Both the position numbers and the translations under genes were made by a program. From Histomonas meleagridis 2922-C6/04-290x (lineage: Eukaryota; Protista; Parabasalia): a stretch of 64,000 nt of DNA. The notes below the pieces were generated by a model. That model ran no database searches. It saw nothing but the letters and a program-made list of their open reading frames with translations, and had not been told where the DNA came from. This document shows, piece by piece, positions 43,119 through 53,486 of the stretch. The DNA lies in assembly GCA_020184695.1 (NCBI GenBank), contig JAANOX010000255.1:1-64000 (forward strand), given 5' to 3'. How positions within the stretch are numbered: position 1 is the first letter of the stretch; each line of letters opens with the position of its first letter.

Positions 43119-44918
43119 ATGCTAGATGCATCCAAAGAAGAACTAATAGAAATTATTTCACAACTAAATGAAGAAATATACGAACTTAATGAGAAACTTC
43201 ATAATTCTTCAAATCAAAATTTAAAAAGCGATGATGATTTTTTGGAAACTGAAAAAAAGGCTCAAGAAGAAGCACACCAAATAGAAATAGATAAATTAAA
43301 TTCTGAGATCCAAGCTTATCAAGATACGATTCGAAATTTACAAGAGCAATTATCTATTAATTCAGGATTTCATATACAAAATGAATTTGATTCAGAAAGC
43401 CCACATGAAAGCAATGGATTTTCATATCAATCCAAAGCGAGTAGTAATGATGATAGTTACAAAATTACTTTTTTAAAGAATCAACTATTAGAAGCGCACA
43501 AAGAAATTTCTCATCAAACAGAAGAACTTAACCGAAAAAATCAATTTTTTTATGATGAAATCAACAGACTTAGTAAAGAAATTCAAAATCCACCTAATCA
43601 TTACTTTATGCCACAAATGTATACTGATGATGTTTCACATCTAAAAAAAGAATGTGAATCTTTAAAACTTGTCAAAACAGAACTGAGTAAATTACTTGAA
43701 ATTGAAATGGGAGAACGATTAAATCTTTCTAATCGTTTCACAGAATATCAAAGAAATTGTTCAGCACAAATTTCTTCTCTTGTTGATGAATCATCAGAAT
43801 ATTATAATGTTTATTCATCTTTAAAAGCAATGTTTAATTCTTTAAGTAGTGATGAAATCATTGCAAATGTTCGTCAATTATTTATAGAAAATAATGAAAA
43901 ACATCAAACTAACAATGAATCACAATTAATTAGTGAACAACTCCAAAAAGAAATGCTAAGGAATACAGAGTTACAAAGCCAAAATCGTGAGCTAATAAAT
44001 CAGATACATATTTTACAGAATGAGAAAAAACAAAATGAAGCAAATCAAAAACAAATGTCAAATGAAAAAAATAATGAACTTAAGCAACAAAATACACAAT
44101 TAATTATTGAAAATGAAGAACTTAGAAACAAAATACGTTCATTATTAGATGAAAAATCACAAATTTCTCAAAATAATTCTATTTATGAAAACGAGAAATT
44201 ACAACTTAATCAAACAATTACAAATCTTCAAAATGAAATTAATCGACTTAATGAAACAATTCATTCTAAACATAATGAAAATGAACAACTTAAACAAAAC
44301 ATAAAAGAAATTAAAGATGAGTTAGATAAATTACATGATGAAAAGAATCAACTTGTACTTAGTCTTGAAAGTGCTGAACATGAAAGAGATCAAAATCTAA
44401 ATAGTAGTGATATTAAGAATAATTCATTTGAAAGTAGTCATATTTCAGATATATTATTTGAAGTGTCACAACATTTTGCTTCGCTTGAAACACAAAACAA
44501 TTTAACAACTGCAATTTCTGTTTTGTTTTCTTCGATTGGTAGTGGAGGAGATGATTATCAAGAAGCTCTTGAAAATCTTGATAAATCAGTACAGAATTAC
44601 TCCACTATGGTATTAACATTAATGATCAAAACTTTTGATCAAATTTCGAACTTCCAAACAAATCTTGAAATCATATTCGAAAGCATAGCAAAACTATCAG
44701 ATCAAATTGATTATGTTTTAGAAAAGAAAGATTTGATGGATCAAAAGACAAAGAAAGATAACTTTGGCGGGTCAAGAATACCAAAAATCAAAGGAAATAA
44801 AGTCAGAATTCCACTGGGATTAAAAGGAAATGCTTATGATTCCGGTGCGTTTTCACCAAGACAAACACCATCAATGATAAATCATCCAAAAAGAAAACAT
44901 TCAATTCCATCAGATTGA
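43119..44918 (+). CDS. Coiled-coil protein
   Basis: Intact 599-aa ORF rich in E/Q/N/K heptads. Confidence 0.75.
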   Translation: MLDASKEELIEIISQLNEEIYELNEKLHNSSNQNLKSDDDFLETEKKAQEEAHQIEIDKLNSEIQAYQDTIRNLQEQLSINSGFHIQNEFDSESPHESNGFSYQSKASSNDDSYKITFLKNQLLEAHKEISHQTEELNRKNQFFYDEINRLSKEIQNPPNHYFMPQMYTDDVSHLKKECESLKLVKTELSKLLEIEMGERLNLSNRFTEYQRNCSAQISSLVDESSEYYNVYSSLKAMFNSLSSDEIIANVRQLFIENNEKHQTNNESQLISEQLQKEMLRNTELQSQNRELINQIHILQNEKKQNEANQKQMSNEKNNELKQQNTQLIIENEELRNKIRSLLDEKSQISQNNSIYENEKLQLNQTITNLQNEINRLNETIHSKHNENEQLKQNIKEIKDELDKLHDEKNQLVLSLESAEHERDQNLNSSDIKNNSFESSHISDILFEVSQHFASLETQNNLTTAISVLFSSIGSGGDDYQEALENLDKSVQNYSTMVLTLMIKTFDQISNFQTNLEIIFESIAKLSDQIDYVLEKKDLMDQKTKKDNFGGSRIPKIKGNKVRIPLGLKGNAYDSGAFSPRQTPSMINHPKRKHSIPSD

Positions 44919-45231
44919 ATCTAATTATTTTTTTTAATAAAAATTTTGTATATAATTTTTCCTCATCTAATAATTCTTTAAGATAAATCCAATCTAATCC
45001 TAGAAAATACAGCAGAAAAAAAATACTTAAACGTTTTAAGAGCTTCTGAATTCAACCAACACCGGTGTCAAATGCCATTGAAACACTGAAATGAGTTCAA
45101 ATAGATTTTTTAATAAGAGTCACTTTTTGATGAATTATTTTGTATTCGTGCGATAGTGTTCGGCTTGACTTTTTGATAGTTTTACTCACTAAGTGGGAAC
45201 GTATTTGGAGTGCCCTATATTTGAATGTGTA

Positions 45232-46456
45232 TATGAGTAGTCAAGGAATCCAAAAAAATGTTACATTGTTATCTATTTTAAATAATGCAAATACTGTTAA
45301 CATGTTAAAGGAAAATCAGTATTATGTAATTGAATCTGTTGCTGCCAATATATCTCAAATTATTGAAATTGCACTTGACTTAAAATCAAAATATTCACAA
45401 AGGGCTACTCAAATTATATCCACACCTATAACAGAAATTTCAAATAAAATACTAAATTCAGATATTTTATCGAAAATTGGATACAAAATTTTTGTTATTG
45501 ATAGAAATACAAATCCTTCCATTCTGTATAAACTTTGTCTACTTGCACAAGCTATTCTAATGTCTAATCCAGATCTCACAAATTTCCAAAATTTTTTTAA
45601 TTTTATTTTACTTTTTTTTGATTTTACACATGCAATAGATGTTTATTACATGTTTTCTCAGATACTTCAATATAATTCTCAAGTTTCATCTGATTTACAT
45701 AAGAAAATTGGGGAATTTGGGATTGCTAAAATTATTTCTCGAATCATTTCCAAGACACATTTTGAGCACGTAACTGAAAGTCATTATTATGATGAACCAG
45801 TTACCTCTGCCTTTACCTTATTTTCCATGATTCGAATTTCATTACATAATCCTTCACTTTCTTCATATTTTCAAATAGACGAAATCTATGAAGTACTTAA
45901 TAAAGAATATGATGCTCCATATTTTATAATAGATGAGCAATGGAGCTCTATTTATTATCTTTCACAAACCGGAGATTATGACATCATCAAAATATTTATT
46001 GATTCTGCGCTAAAACTTTTCTTTGGTAATCACGAAAGAGTTCATAATTCACTATGTTATGCGATTGAGTTTATTTCAGTTTTATCTCCTATTTATAGTG
46101 AGTATGGAACTGAAGAGATCATTGATAAAATATTTTATTATTTCATTGTTTTTAATCAGTGTTCAGTATTACATAAATCAATTCGAATATATTTCGACGC
46201 TTCTTTATATAATCCAAAAATTGCACCAAAATTAGTGCAAAAGTTCTTGCCGTTTTTTATTGAGCAAATTAAAATGAATGATCACTCGTTGATCGCAGCG
46301 GAGTCATTCGAAATGATTACGATGATTGCGGATATTGCAAGAAAATTCGATTACATAAATGAATGTTTGGGACAATTTGATGAGTTCAATAACTGTATGG
46401 GATTAATGGTAAAGGAACATGACGATATTATACAGAATAAGTATGGAGAATCATGA
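45232..46456 (+). CDS. Helical hypothetical protein (possibly SAPS/PPP6R-like)
   Basis: ORF 45140-46456, first ATG at 45232; weak resemblance of the N-terminus to SAPS. Confidence 0.55.
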
Positions 46457-46942
46457 TGTTTTTGTTGTTTATATAAAAATATTTTATTGCGTATTGTCTT
46501 TTTGTTTTTAAATAAATTAAAAATAGAAACAATTTTTTTTTAATATGTAATTTTCTATTTATGTTGTTATTGTATAAACAAAGAAATTTTGTTATGCGGA
46601 TTCCATGAATTTAAATCCTACAAATTTTTTAATCCATTAATATATTCCCATTACAATATTTTTTGGTTTTAATCTGAATTGAGTTACTAGTAATATTTAA
46701 GGATTTTTTTTCATGGATAACATGTCAGAAATGGATACAATATATATTTCAAACGAAACATATATTTTACAAGCAAAGCACATATTACTGAACAGTTTTT
46801 TGAAGTTCTATTTAATGTTCTTATTTCTCTCAAAAAAATATTAATAAATCAAATTAATAAATTAAATTAATAAATCATTAATATAAAATGTATTTTTATA
46901 TATTTACAAATCTTATTACACAATAAAATTGATAGTTATAAC

Positions 46943-47875
46943 TTATTCATTTGTCAGCTTTGCGAATTGCTTGAACATCAATGACGTTTTAAGTGCGTCC
47001 ATAGTCCTCTTTAACTCCCTTCTCATTGCCAAGTACAAAAACGACTCATTCGCTTCTAGTGGCTCATTTGACAGCTCTTCTTTGAGCCATTTATGCGCAA
47101 TTGCCTCGCCAACGGTCATCCGCTTTTCCGGATCGGGCTGTAAAAGATTAGTAACAAAGTCTTTAGCGCTTTCAGACACATGCTGCCATGCATCGGCTTC
47201 AAGGGTGTATTCTCCTCTAATTGCTTTAGTTAATAAGTCGTGTTGGTCATCTTCATTAAATGGTCGATTGCCAGAAAGTAGCATAAACGTTACAACGCCT
47301 ACACCCCACATGTCAGCGGCTTTTGTATAACTTCTCTCAGCTAAAATTTCCGGGGCTGTACATTCCTCAATCATCGATAATTGATTGTAATACATATGAT
47401 TATCAATTATGTTGGATAAACAAAAATCTGAAAGCTTTATAGTGGCACCAAGATTTGTGTCTGATACAAGAATGTTTTCTGGTTTTATATTTCGATGAAT
47501 AATGTCATTATCATGAAGAACACTAAGTCCTATAAGAAGATGCTGAATAATCATTGCAACAGCTGATTCGGAAAGTGTTCCTTTCATTTTGATCCATCTA
47601 AATAAATTTCCACATGAAACGTATTCCATTGCAATTATGATCAAATCAGCATCTTCGAAAACATCATAAACTTGTGCAAGATGAGGAGAATCTATAGAAG
47701 AACGAATAAAGTTCTCTTTGTCTATAGGTGTTAAATTTTGTTCGAGTTTTAAAATTATTTTTATAGCAACTTGTTGGCCTGTAAGAACTTGCGTAGCCAA
47801 AAAAACTCTTGAGCAATAGCCAAATCCTATTTGTTTTTCAAATTGGTAAAGAGAAAGAAAGTCGCCTAAGTCCAT
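46943..47875 (-). CDS. CAMK-family kinase with altered catalytic motifs
   Basis: VAIK, HRNIKPEN, DFC, TAPE, DMWGVGV; C-terminal regulatory-like helix. Confidence 0.88.
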   Translation of the reverse strand: MDLGDFLSLYQFEKQIGFGYCSRVFLATQVLTGQQVAIKIILKLEQNLTPIDKENFIRSSIDSPHLAQVYDVFEDADLIIIAMEYVSCGNLFRWIKMKGTLSESAVAMIIQHLLIGLSVLHDNDIIHRNIKPENILVSDTNLGATIKLSDFCLSNIIDNHMYYNQLSMIEECTAPEILAERSYTKAADMWGVGVVTFMLLSGNRPFNEDDQHDLLTKAIRGEYTLEADAWQHVSESAKDFVTNLLQPDPEKRMTVGEAIAHKWLKEELSNEPLEANESFLYLAMRRELKRTMDALKTSLMFKQFAKLTNE

Positions 47876-48276
47876 TTTTGCTTCATCGATTGTAAACTAA
47901 TTTCAATATATCGACCAAATATCAATTGAAAAAATCAATCGGAAATTTTTACTTAACGGCAACTCATTGCACGATTACATCTATAGCTTGTTATTGAATA
48001 AATTTTTTTGACTTTTTTAACACTATCTTACACTTTCCAAAGTATAATTTGATTAATCACAGATTTGTTCATCTGTTAAATCAATTTCCTATTAAAATAT
48101 AAATCATTTCCGAACATTTTTCATCTTATATCATTTTGATATTATTTCTTGTCAATACACTTTCGCCAAGTTTTGTTTAATTTTGCAATATATAACTGTT
48201 TTTACACACACAAAACATTATCAAAAATTTAAATTTTTTTATCACATTTATTTATTATACATATTTGTCTTATTCT

Positions 48277-51012
48277 TTAAAAGAATGGGTTTTGCCAACT
48301 TGGGCCTCCCCAAGGATTTCTCTGATATTGATACATTGGTCTACCATAAGATCTTTGTTGCCTCTTTCTTGGAGGACCGAACACATTAGCCCAAACGTCG
48401 CCTTGGTCATCATTTCCATTATCATCATCTTCACCATCGAAGTGGAATTCTCTCTGTACCTTTGGCCTTTCTTCTTGTTTTCTTTGTTCAGCCATTTTCC
48501 TTCTTATTTCTTCTTCTTCTTGAATTCTTCTTCTTCTTTCTTCTTCAGCTCTTTTTTGTTCTTCCAATTGCCTTCTTCTTTCTTCTTCTATTTGTCTTCG
48601 TCTTTCTTCTTCTGCTTTTCGTTGTAATTCTGCTCTTCTTTCTGATTCAAGTTGAGCTTCTCTTTGTCTACTTTCTTCTTGTCGACGTCTTTCTTCTTCG
48701 AAAGGATCGTATTGTCTTCTTCGTGGGTACATGTTACGGCGTCTCATAGGTTTACCAAAGAGTGCAGCCCATGGATCATAGAAATCATTTACATCTTCTT
48801 CCATTTGTTCATCGTTTTGTATTTGTTCTGCTTTTTGTCGAAGAGCATTTTGATCAATGAATGATTCACTATTATCTTCTTCTTTCTTTTGTCTGATGAC
48901 TTCTTCTTCTTTAGGTTGAGGTGGTGTCCAATTCTTTTGTGGTTCGACTTTCTTATTCTTAAGTTCTTCTGCACGTGAATCGAATTGATTTATTGATTCT
49001 TGTATAGCGTCAACATTATATTCTATTTCAGTATACTTCGGCTTTGATAATATTTCATTCAGTTCATTGATTGAATTGTTAAGTTCTTCTTGTAAATTAA
49101 TCGAATCTTCATCTTCTAAATGAACTTTATCATTTTTAACATTTGTTAATATTTTCTCAAGTTTCTCTTTAAGTGGTGGAATAGTATCAGTTAATATTTG
49201 ATAATTACGTATTCTCTCTTCAATTGGTTGAATAGCTTCTGTAATCATTCCTAATCTTGATTCATATTCTTCAATTGGAAGATGTTCAAATTCATTTTCA
49301 TAAAACCAATTACGTAATTCTTCGGCTTGTTTTTGTATGTTTTCAAGTTCATTTTCTGGATCAATGAAATCTTGATTATCTTTAAGTAATGAGTCAAGTT
49401 TGAAGATAGAACTTTCAAGACTGTTCTTTGTGAAATCGACTTTTTCTTCATATTCATCTGATGCCGACATATTTTCTTCGAGTTGACGATATGCTTCGAG
49501 TTCTTCATTTGTCATGTCATTTGGTATAGTTATTTCTACTTGAGCTGGAACTTCTTCATCATTTTCTGTCTTATATTTTGCACATTCAACTTCTATAATT
49601 CCATTTTGATTTAATCGGAATCTAATTGCTACTTCAACTTCATTTTCGACTTCTGTTGATACTTCAATATTTGCAATTTCTTCACCATTTGATATTAATT
49701 TTATAGTTGATTTTCCAGTAGTTTTAACAGTAATTTCTGATACATTTGGTATTGGTGAAAATTGCTTAAAGAGTTCACAAGGATTTTCTGTATCGTTGTT
49801 AACTTCGGCAATGATTGAATATGGAATAACATCTTTAACTATAAGTGGTACTTTGAACATTCCTGGTGATAATAATGCAGCTAAATAACCACTGCCTTGT
49901 GCAAAACATTCGTCTAAATTAAGTGAAAGTGATTGTTCTTTGCCAAATATCTCGGCAATTTTGGCTTTAACAGCTGGTACACGTGACGCGCCGCCAAGAA
50001 CTTGAATGCCAGCAATATCTTCGATTTTAAGATTTGCAGATTCAAGACAATTACGAATTGGGGCTTCAATACGTGAAAGAAGTTCAGTGATTTGTGATTC
50101 AAATTCTTGACGTTTAACAAGGAATGAGACATCAACATCATTCATAAGTGATGGAATTTCAAACGATACAACTGGATTAATAGATAAAGTCTTCTTGAGC
50201 TTTTCAACAGCGGTCCTGAAACGTGACATGGCACGAGGATTGGTGGTTGGGTCAATATTATACTTTTGTTGTACTTTATCAACGAGATATTGAATTAATG
50301 GATATGAAAAATATGCGCCACCAAGCTCTGTGTCACTTGCAGTACTTACAATTTCGACATAGCCATGTTTGAGAAGAGCAACCGCAACGTTCATTGATGA
50401 ATTTCCAAAATCAATAAATACATAAGGTACTGGTTTTTCAATTGGTAACATTTCTGGATGTGTCATGGTAAAGGTAATAGCAGCAGCGGTGGTGGAATTG
50501 ACTAAAGCTAAACATTGAAGATTTCCTATTTTACAAGCATTAAGTATTGCACGTCTATGTTTTTGCGTCCACCATGGAGAAACAGCTATTACGTATCTAG
50601 ATATTTTTGGTTCTGAAGTTTTTGCAATTTTGTCCATTTCTTTGAATAAATATGCTATGCATTGTTCTGGTCTTAATACTAATGTCTCACCTTTAAATGG
50701 AACTTGTATACCAACTGTTCCGTCGTTTAATTCAACAATTTGGAATGGAACATTATTTTGTATTATTTCTCTTTCTTTTGAATTATATTGTAAGCAAACT
50801 AAACGTTTTAGCTGTGTAATTGTACTGCTTAAATACATTGATTGTTCTTGTAAAGAAGTATCTCCACTATATCTACGGTCACCTGTATATGTAATCATTG
50901 TTGGGGTCAAACGATTTGATGATTGATTCAAAACGACATCAACGCCATTACTTTTTGGTACTCCAATTACGCAGTTTTTATTTCCAAAATCTAATCCTGC
51001 AGCAATCCACAT
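48277..51012 (-). CDS. HSP110: HSP110/SSE-type HSP70-superfamily chaperone with long C-terminal extension
   Basis: GLDFGNKNC, NQSSNRLTP, IDFGNSS, QVLGGASRVPAV, LNLDECFAQG, KNSLESSIF. Confidence 0.88.
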   Translation of the reverse strand: MWIAAGLDFGNKNCVIGVPKSNGVDVVLNQSSNRLTPTMITYTGDRRYSGDTSLQEQSMYLSSTITQLKRLVCLQYNSKEREIIQNNVPFQIVELNDGTVGIQVPFKGETLVLRPEQCIAYLFKEMDKIAKTSEPKISRYVIAVSPWWTQKHRRAILNACKIGNLQCLALVNSTTAAAITFTMTHPEMLPIEKPVPYVFIDFGNSSMNVAVALLKHGYVEIVSTASDTELGGAYFSYPLIQYLVDKVQQKYNIDPTTNPRAMSRFRTAVEKLKKTLSINPVVSFEIPSLMNDVDVSFLVKRQEFESQITELLSRIEAPIRNCLESANLKIEDIAGIQVLGGASRVPAVKAKIAEIFGKEQSLSLNLDECFAQGSGYLAALLSPGMFKVPLIVKDVIPYSIIAEVNNDTENPCELFKQFSPIPNVSEITVKTTGKSTIKLISNGEEIANIEVSTEVENEVEVAIRFRLNQNGIIEVECAKYKTENDEEVPAQVEITIPNDMTNEELEAYRQLEENMSASDEYEEKVDFTKNSLESSIFKLDSLLKDNQDFIDPENELENIQKQAEELRNWFYENEFEHLPIEEYESRLGMITEAIQPIEERIRNYQILTDTIPPLKEKLEKILTNVKNDKVHLEDEDSINLQEELNNSINELNEILSKPKYTEIEYNVDAIQESINQFDSRAEELKNKKVEPQKNWTPPQPKEEEVIRQKKEEDNSESFIDQNALRQKAEQIQNDEQMEEDVNDFYDPWAALFGKPMRRRNMYPRRRQYDPFEEERRRQEESRQREAQLESERRAELQRKAEEERRRQIEEERRRQLEEQKRAEEERRRRIQEEEEIRRKMAEQRKQEERPKVQREFHFDGEDDDNGNDDQGDVWANVFGPPRKRQQRSYGRPMYQYQRNPWGGPSWQNPFF

Positions 51013-51369
51013 AAATTAAAAATGGATTTAGTCATTAAAATGGTCGACAATTTAAGAATAGAAAAAGTCAGCAATAAGTGGTTTGGTATTCAAAAAGTGA
51101 AGAAAAATGAAGTGACCATGTTGAAAATTTTATTTGAATGCGAACAATAGAATAAACGGATACCCCATGGATCGTTTCACTTCATGCATGCCACTTTTGA
51201 TGTAACGATAGAACTTTTTCAGAATAATTCGACCATTTTACCATTGAAAATCATATGGTTTATCTGAACGTTAAGAAAAAGTTACCTTTTTCATACCAAA
51301 CAAGGAATTGATTTATCAGTCCGGAATTGGTTCTAATGAAAGTGCTTTTGGAATAGAATTTCATAAATT

Positions 51370-53304
51370 TTATGTGTCATAAAGAGAAATTTCATTATTC
51401 TCGCAACAACTTACAACAATGTGAATGTTACTCTGATCTACATTTATGTTTTTTCTCTTTATTTTAGCTGAGTTTGAAAGTAAAAATTGAATTTCTGCAA
51501 ATTTTGTTGCAAGTGGTGAAGCAGAAGTAGTCAGAAGTTTTGTTGCACTTGAGATTGAAGTTTGCATTATTTTTCTTACCATAACATATGATTGAAATGA
51601 TATGTCATTCATAAGTTGATTTGAAAATATTTTATGAGAATAATCAAAGTTTGGTACATTAATACAATTCTTTACGCATTGTTCTATACATTTATTTGGA
51701 TGAAATATTTCAAGTGCACAAAAAGAAGCTGCTTTCTGTATTGTTAGCTTACTATCAAACTCATCACGCACATTATTGTAATGATTTTTAGTAAGAAATG
51801 TAGAAAATTTGTGCCATTTCTCAAGTAAATTTTGTTGATATATCAATTCTAATAAATGATCATTGAATAAATTGTTGTTATGTAGAGAAATATATTTACT
51901 CACAAATTGTCTCCAAAGATTACGATATGCATTGAATTGTTCAAATGATATTAGTAATTGATTTCTTCTATCATTTGCTAGTAATTTTCGAGTCAATATT
52001 TGAAATTTAGTTATAAGTTTTGCACGTATTTCTTCATGCTTATTGAACAAATAGTTTTGCATTTGAAAATTTTTATTCAGAAATGCGGAAAATTTATACC
52101 ATTTTTCAAGTAATTTTTGATGATAATTGAAGTCAGATAAATATTGATGAATTAAATTTATATTATATAAGGAAACATATTTATCCATGAATTGTTTCCA
52201 AAGATTACGGAATTTATTGAATTGATCAAACGAAAATTGTAATTGGTTCCTTCGATCCATTGCAACTAATTTTCGTACTATTGTTTGGAATGTCATTAAA
52301 AGTTTTATATGTCTTTCTTCTTGCTTATTGAACAAATAGTTTTGCATTTGAAAATTTTTATTCAGAAATGCTGAAAATTTATACCATTTTTCAAGTAATT
52401 TTCGTCGATATATTAATTCTGATAAATAATCATTGAATAAATTATTGTTACATAAAGAAACATATTTACTCATAAATTGTCTCCAAAGATTACGATATGC
52501 GTTGAATTGTTCAAATGATATTAGTAATTGATTTCTTCTATCATTTGCTAGTAATTTTCGATTCAATTTTTGAAATTTAGTTAAAAGATTTTTACGTTTA
52601 TCTTCTAATCGTTTATCAAATAATTGTCGTTGGATTTGAAGTTTTTTATAAAATGATTTTCTAATGTATTTAAGAATGATTTGCTTGAGTGAATGCTTTT
52701 TTGGTTTAGTTACAAATACCTGTTGTTGAATCGATGGTGTGGTTTCTTCGGGATGATTTGAGAATATATCTTCGTTTTGTTCAGAAAATAAATTATTTCT
52801 TTCAGCATCTTCTAATTTGTGTAAAGAATCCAAAAGAATTTTTTCTTTGAATTTCTTCATAAGATGCTCCCATCTTTTTATACTTTTAATTTTATTTAAT
52901 TGACTTCTTGCTGCAATTAATTCAATAATGCGCTGTCTTAGAAGGTATAAAGAAGTTAAATTTTTGAATTTGAGTTTGGCTTTATAATGATTTTTAAAAC
53001 ATTCAAATGTATTTTCATTTTCTTTAATTTTCAAAGTTTCTTGTTTTCCTTCAAGTAAATCCCATTTTGCCTTTTTAAGAATATTTTGTTTACTCAAATG
53101 CGTTAATTGTGAAGAAAGATAAATCCAATCTTTCTTTCTCATCAACCGATAGTGCTGTGCTTTAATGTCAGTAGATACATGATCAAGCCATTGCGAAGCT
53201 TCGTATGCTTTCTTTTTCGTAAGAAGGCATTTCATTTTAATTCTTTCATTATTAAACGGTCGATTTAAACGTACGGAAAACTGCCAAAATCCAAAAAACC
53301 TCAA
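51370..53304 (-). CDS. Basic helical protein with ~3 tandem 95-aa repeats
   Basis: 644-aa ORF; 285-nt period (51806, 52091, 52376). Confidence 0.65.
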   Translation of the reverse strand: MRFFGFWQFSVRLNRPFNNERIKMKCLLTKKKAYEASQWLDHVSTDIKAQHYRLMRKKDWIYLSSQLTHLSKQNILKKAKWDLLEGKQETLKIKENENTFECFKNHYKAKLKFKNLTSLYLLRQRIIELIAARSQLNKIKSIKRWEHLMKKFKEKILLDSLHKLEDAERNNLFSEQNEDIFSNHPEETTPSIQQQVFVTKPKKHSLKQIILKYIRKSFYKKLQIQRQLFDKRLEDKRKNLLTKFQKLNRKLLANDRRNQLLISFEQFNAYRNLWRQFMSKYVSLCNNNLFNDYLSELIYRRKLLEKWYKFSAFLNKNFQMQNYLFNKQEERHIKLLMTFQTIVRKLVAMDRRNQLQFSFDQFNKFRNLWKQFMDKYVSLYNINLIHQYLSDFNYHQKLLEKWYKFSAFLNKNFQMQNYLFNKHEEIRAKLITKFQILTRKLLANDRRNQLLISFEQFNAYRNLWRQFVSKYISLHNNNLFNDHLLELIYQQNLLEKWHKFSTFLTKNHYNNVRDEFDSKLTIQKAASFCALEIFHPNKCIEQCVKNCINVPNFDYSHKIFSNQLMNDISFQSYVMVRKIMQTSISSATKLLTTSASPLATKFAEIQFLLSNSAKIKRKNINVDQSNIHIVVSCCENNEISLYDT

Positions 53305-53486
53305 AATGGCGTTTTGAAAAAGTTAATATTTGCATTATATATAATCGGAAACTGTCACTTTTCGACCAAATATGTTCAAAGATAACTTCATCCACAGCGG
53401 ATTAATTTAATATTCACGTTCAGATGTTTGGATTTGTTTAAAAACCAGAAATTTTATCAAAGAAATACCATTTACTTTAATATTTT

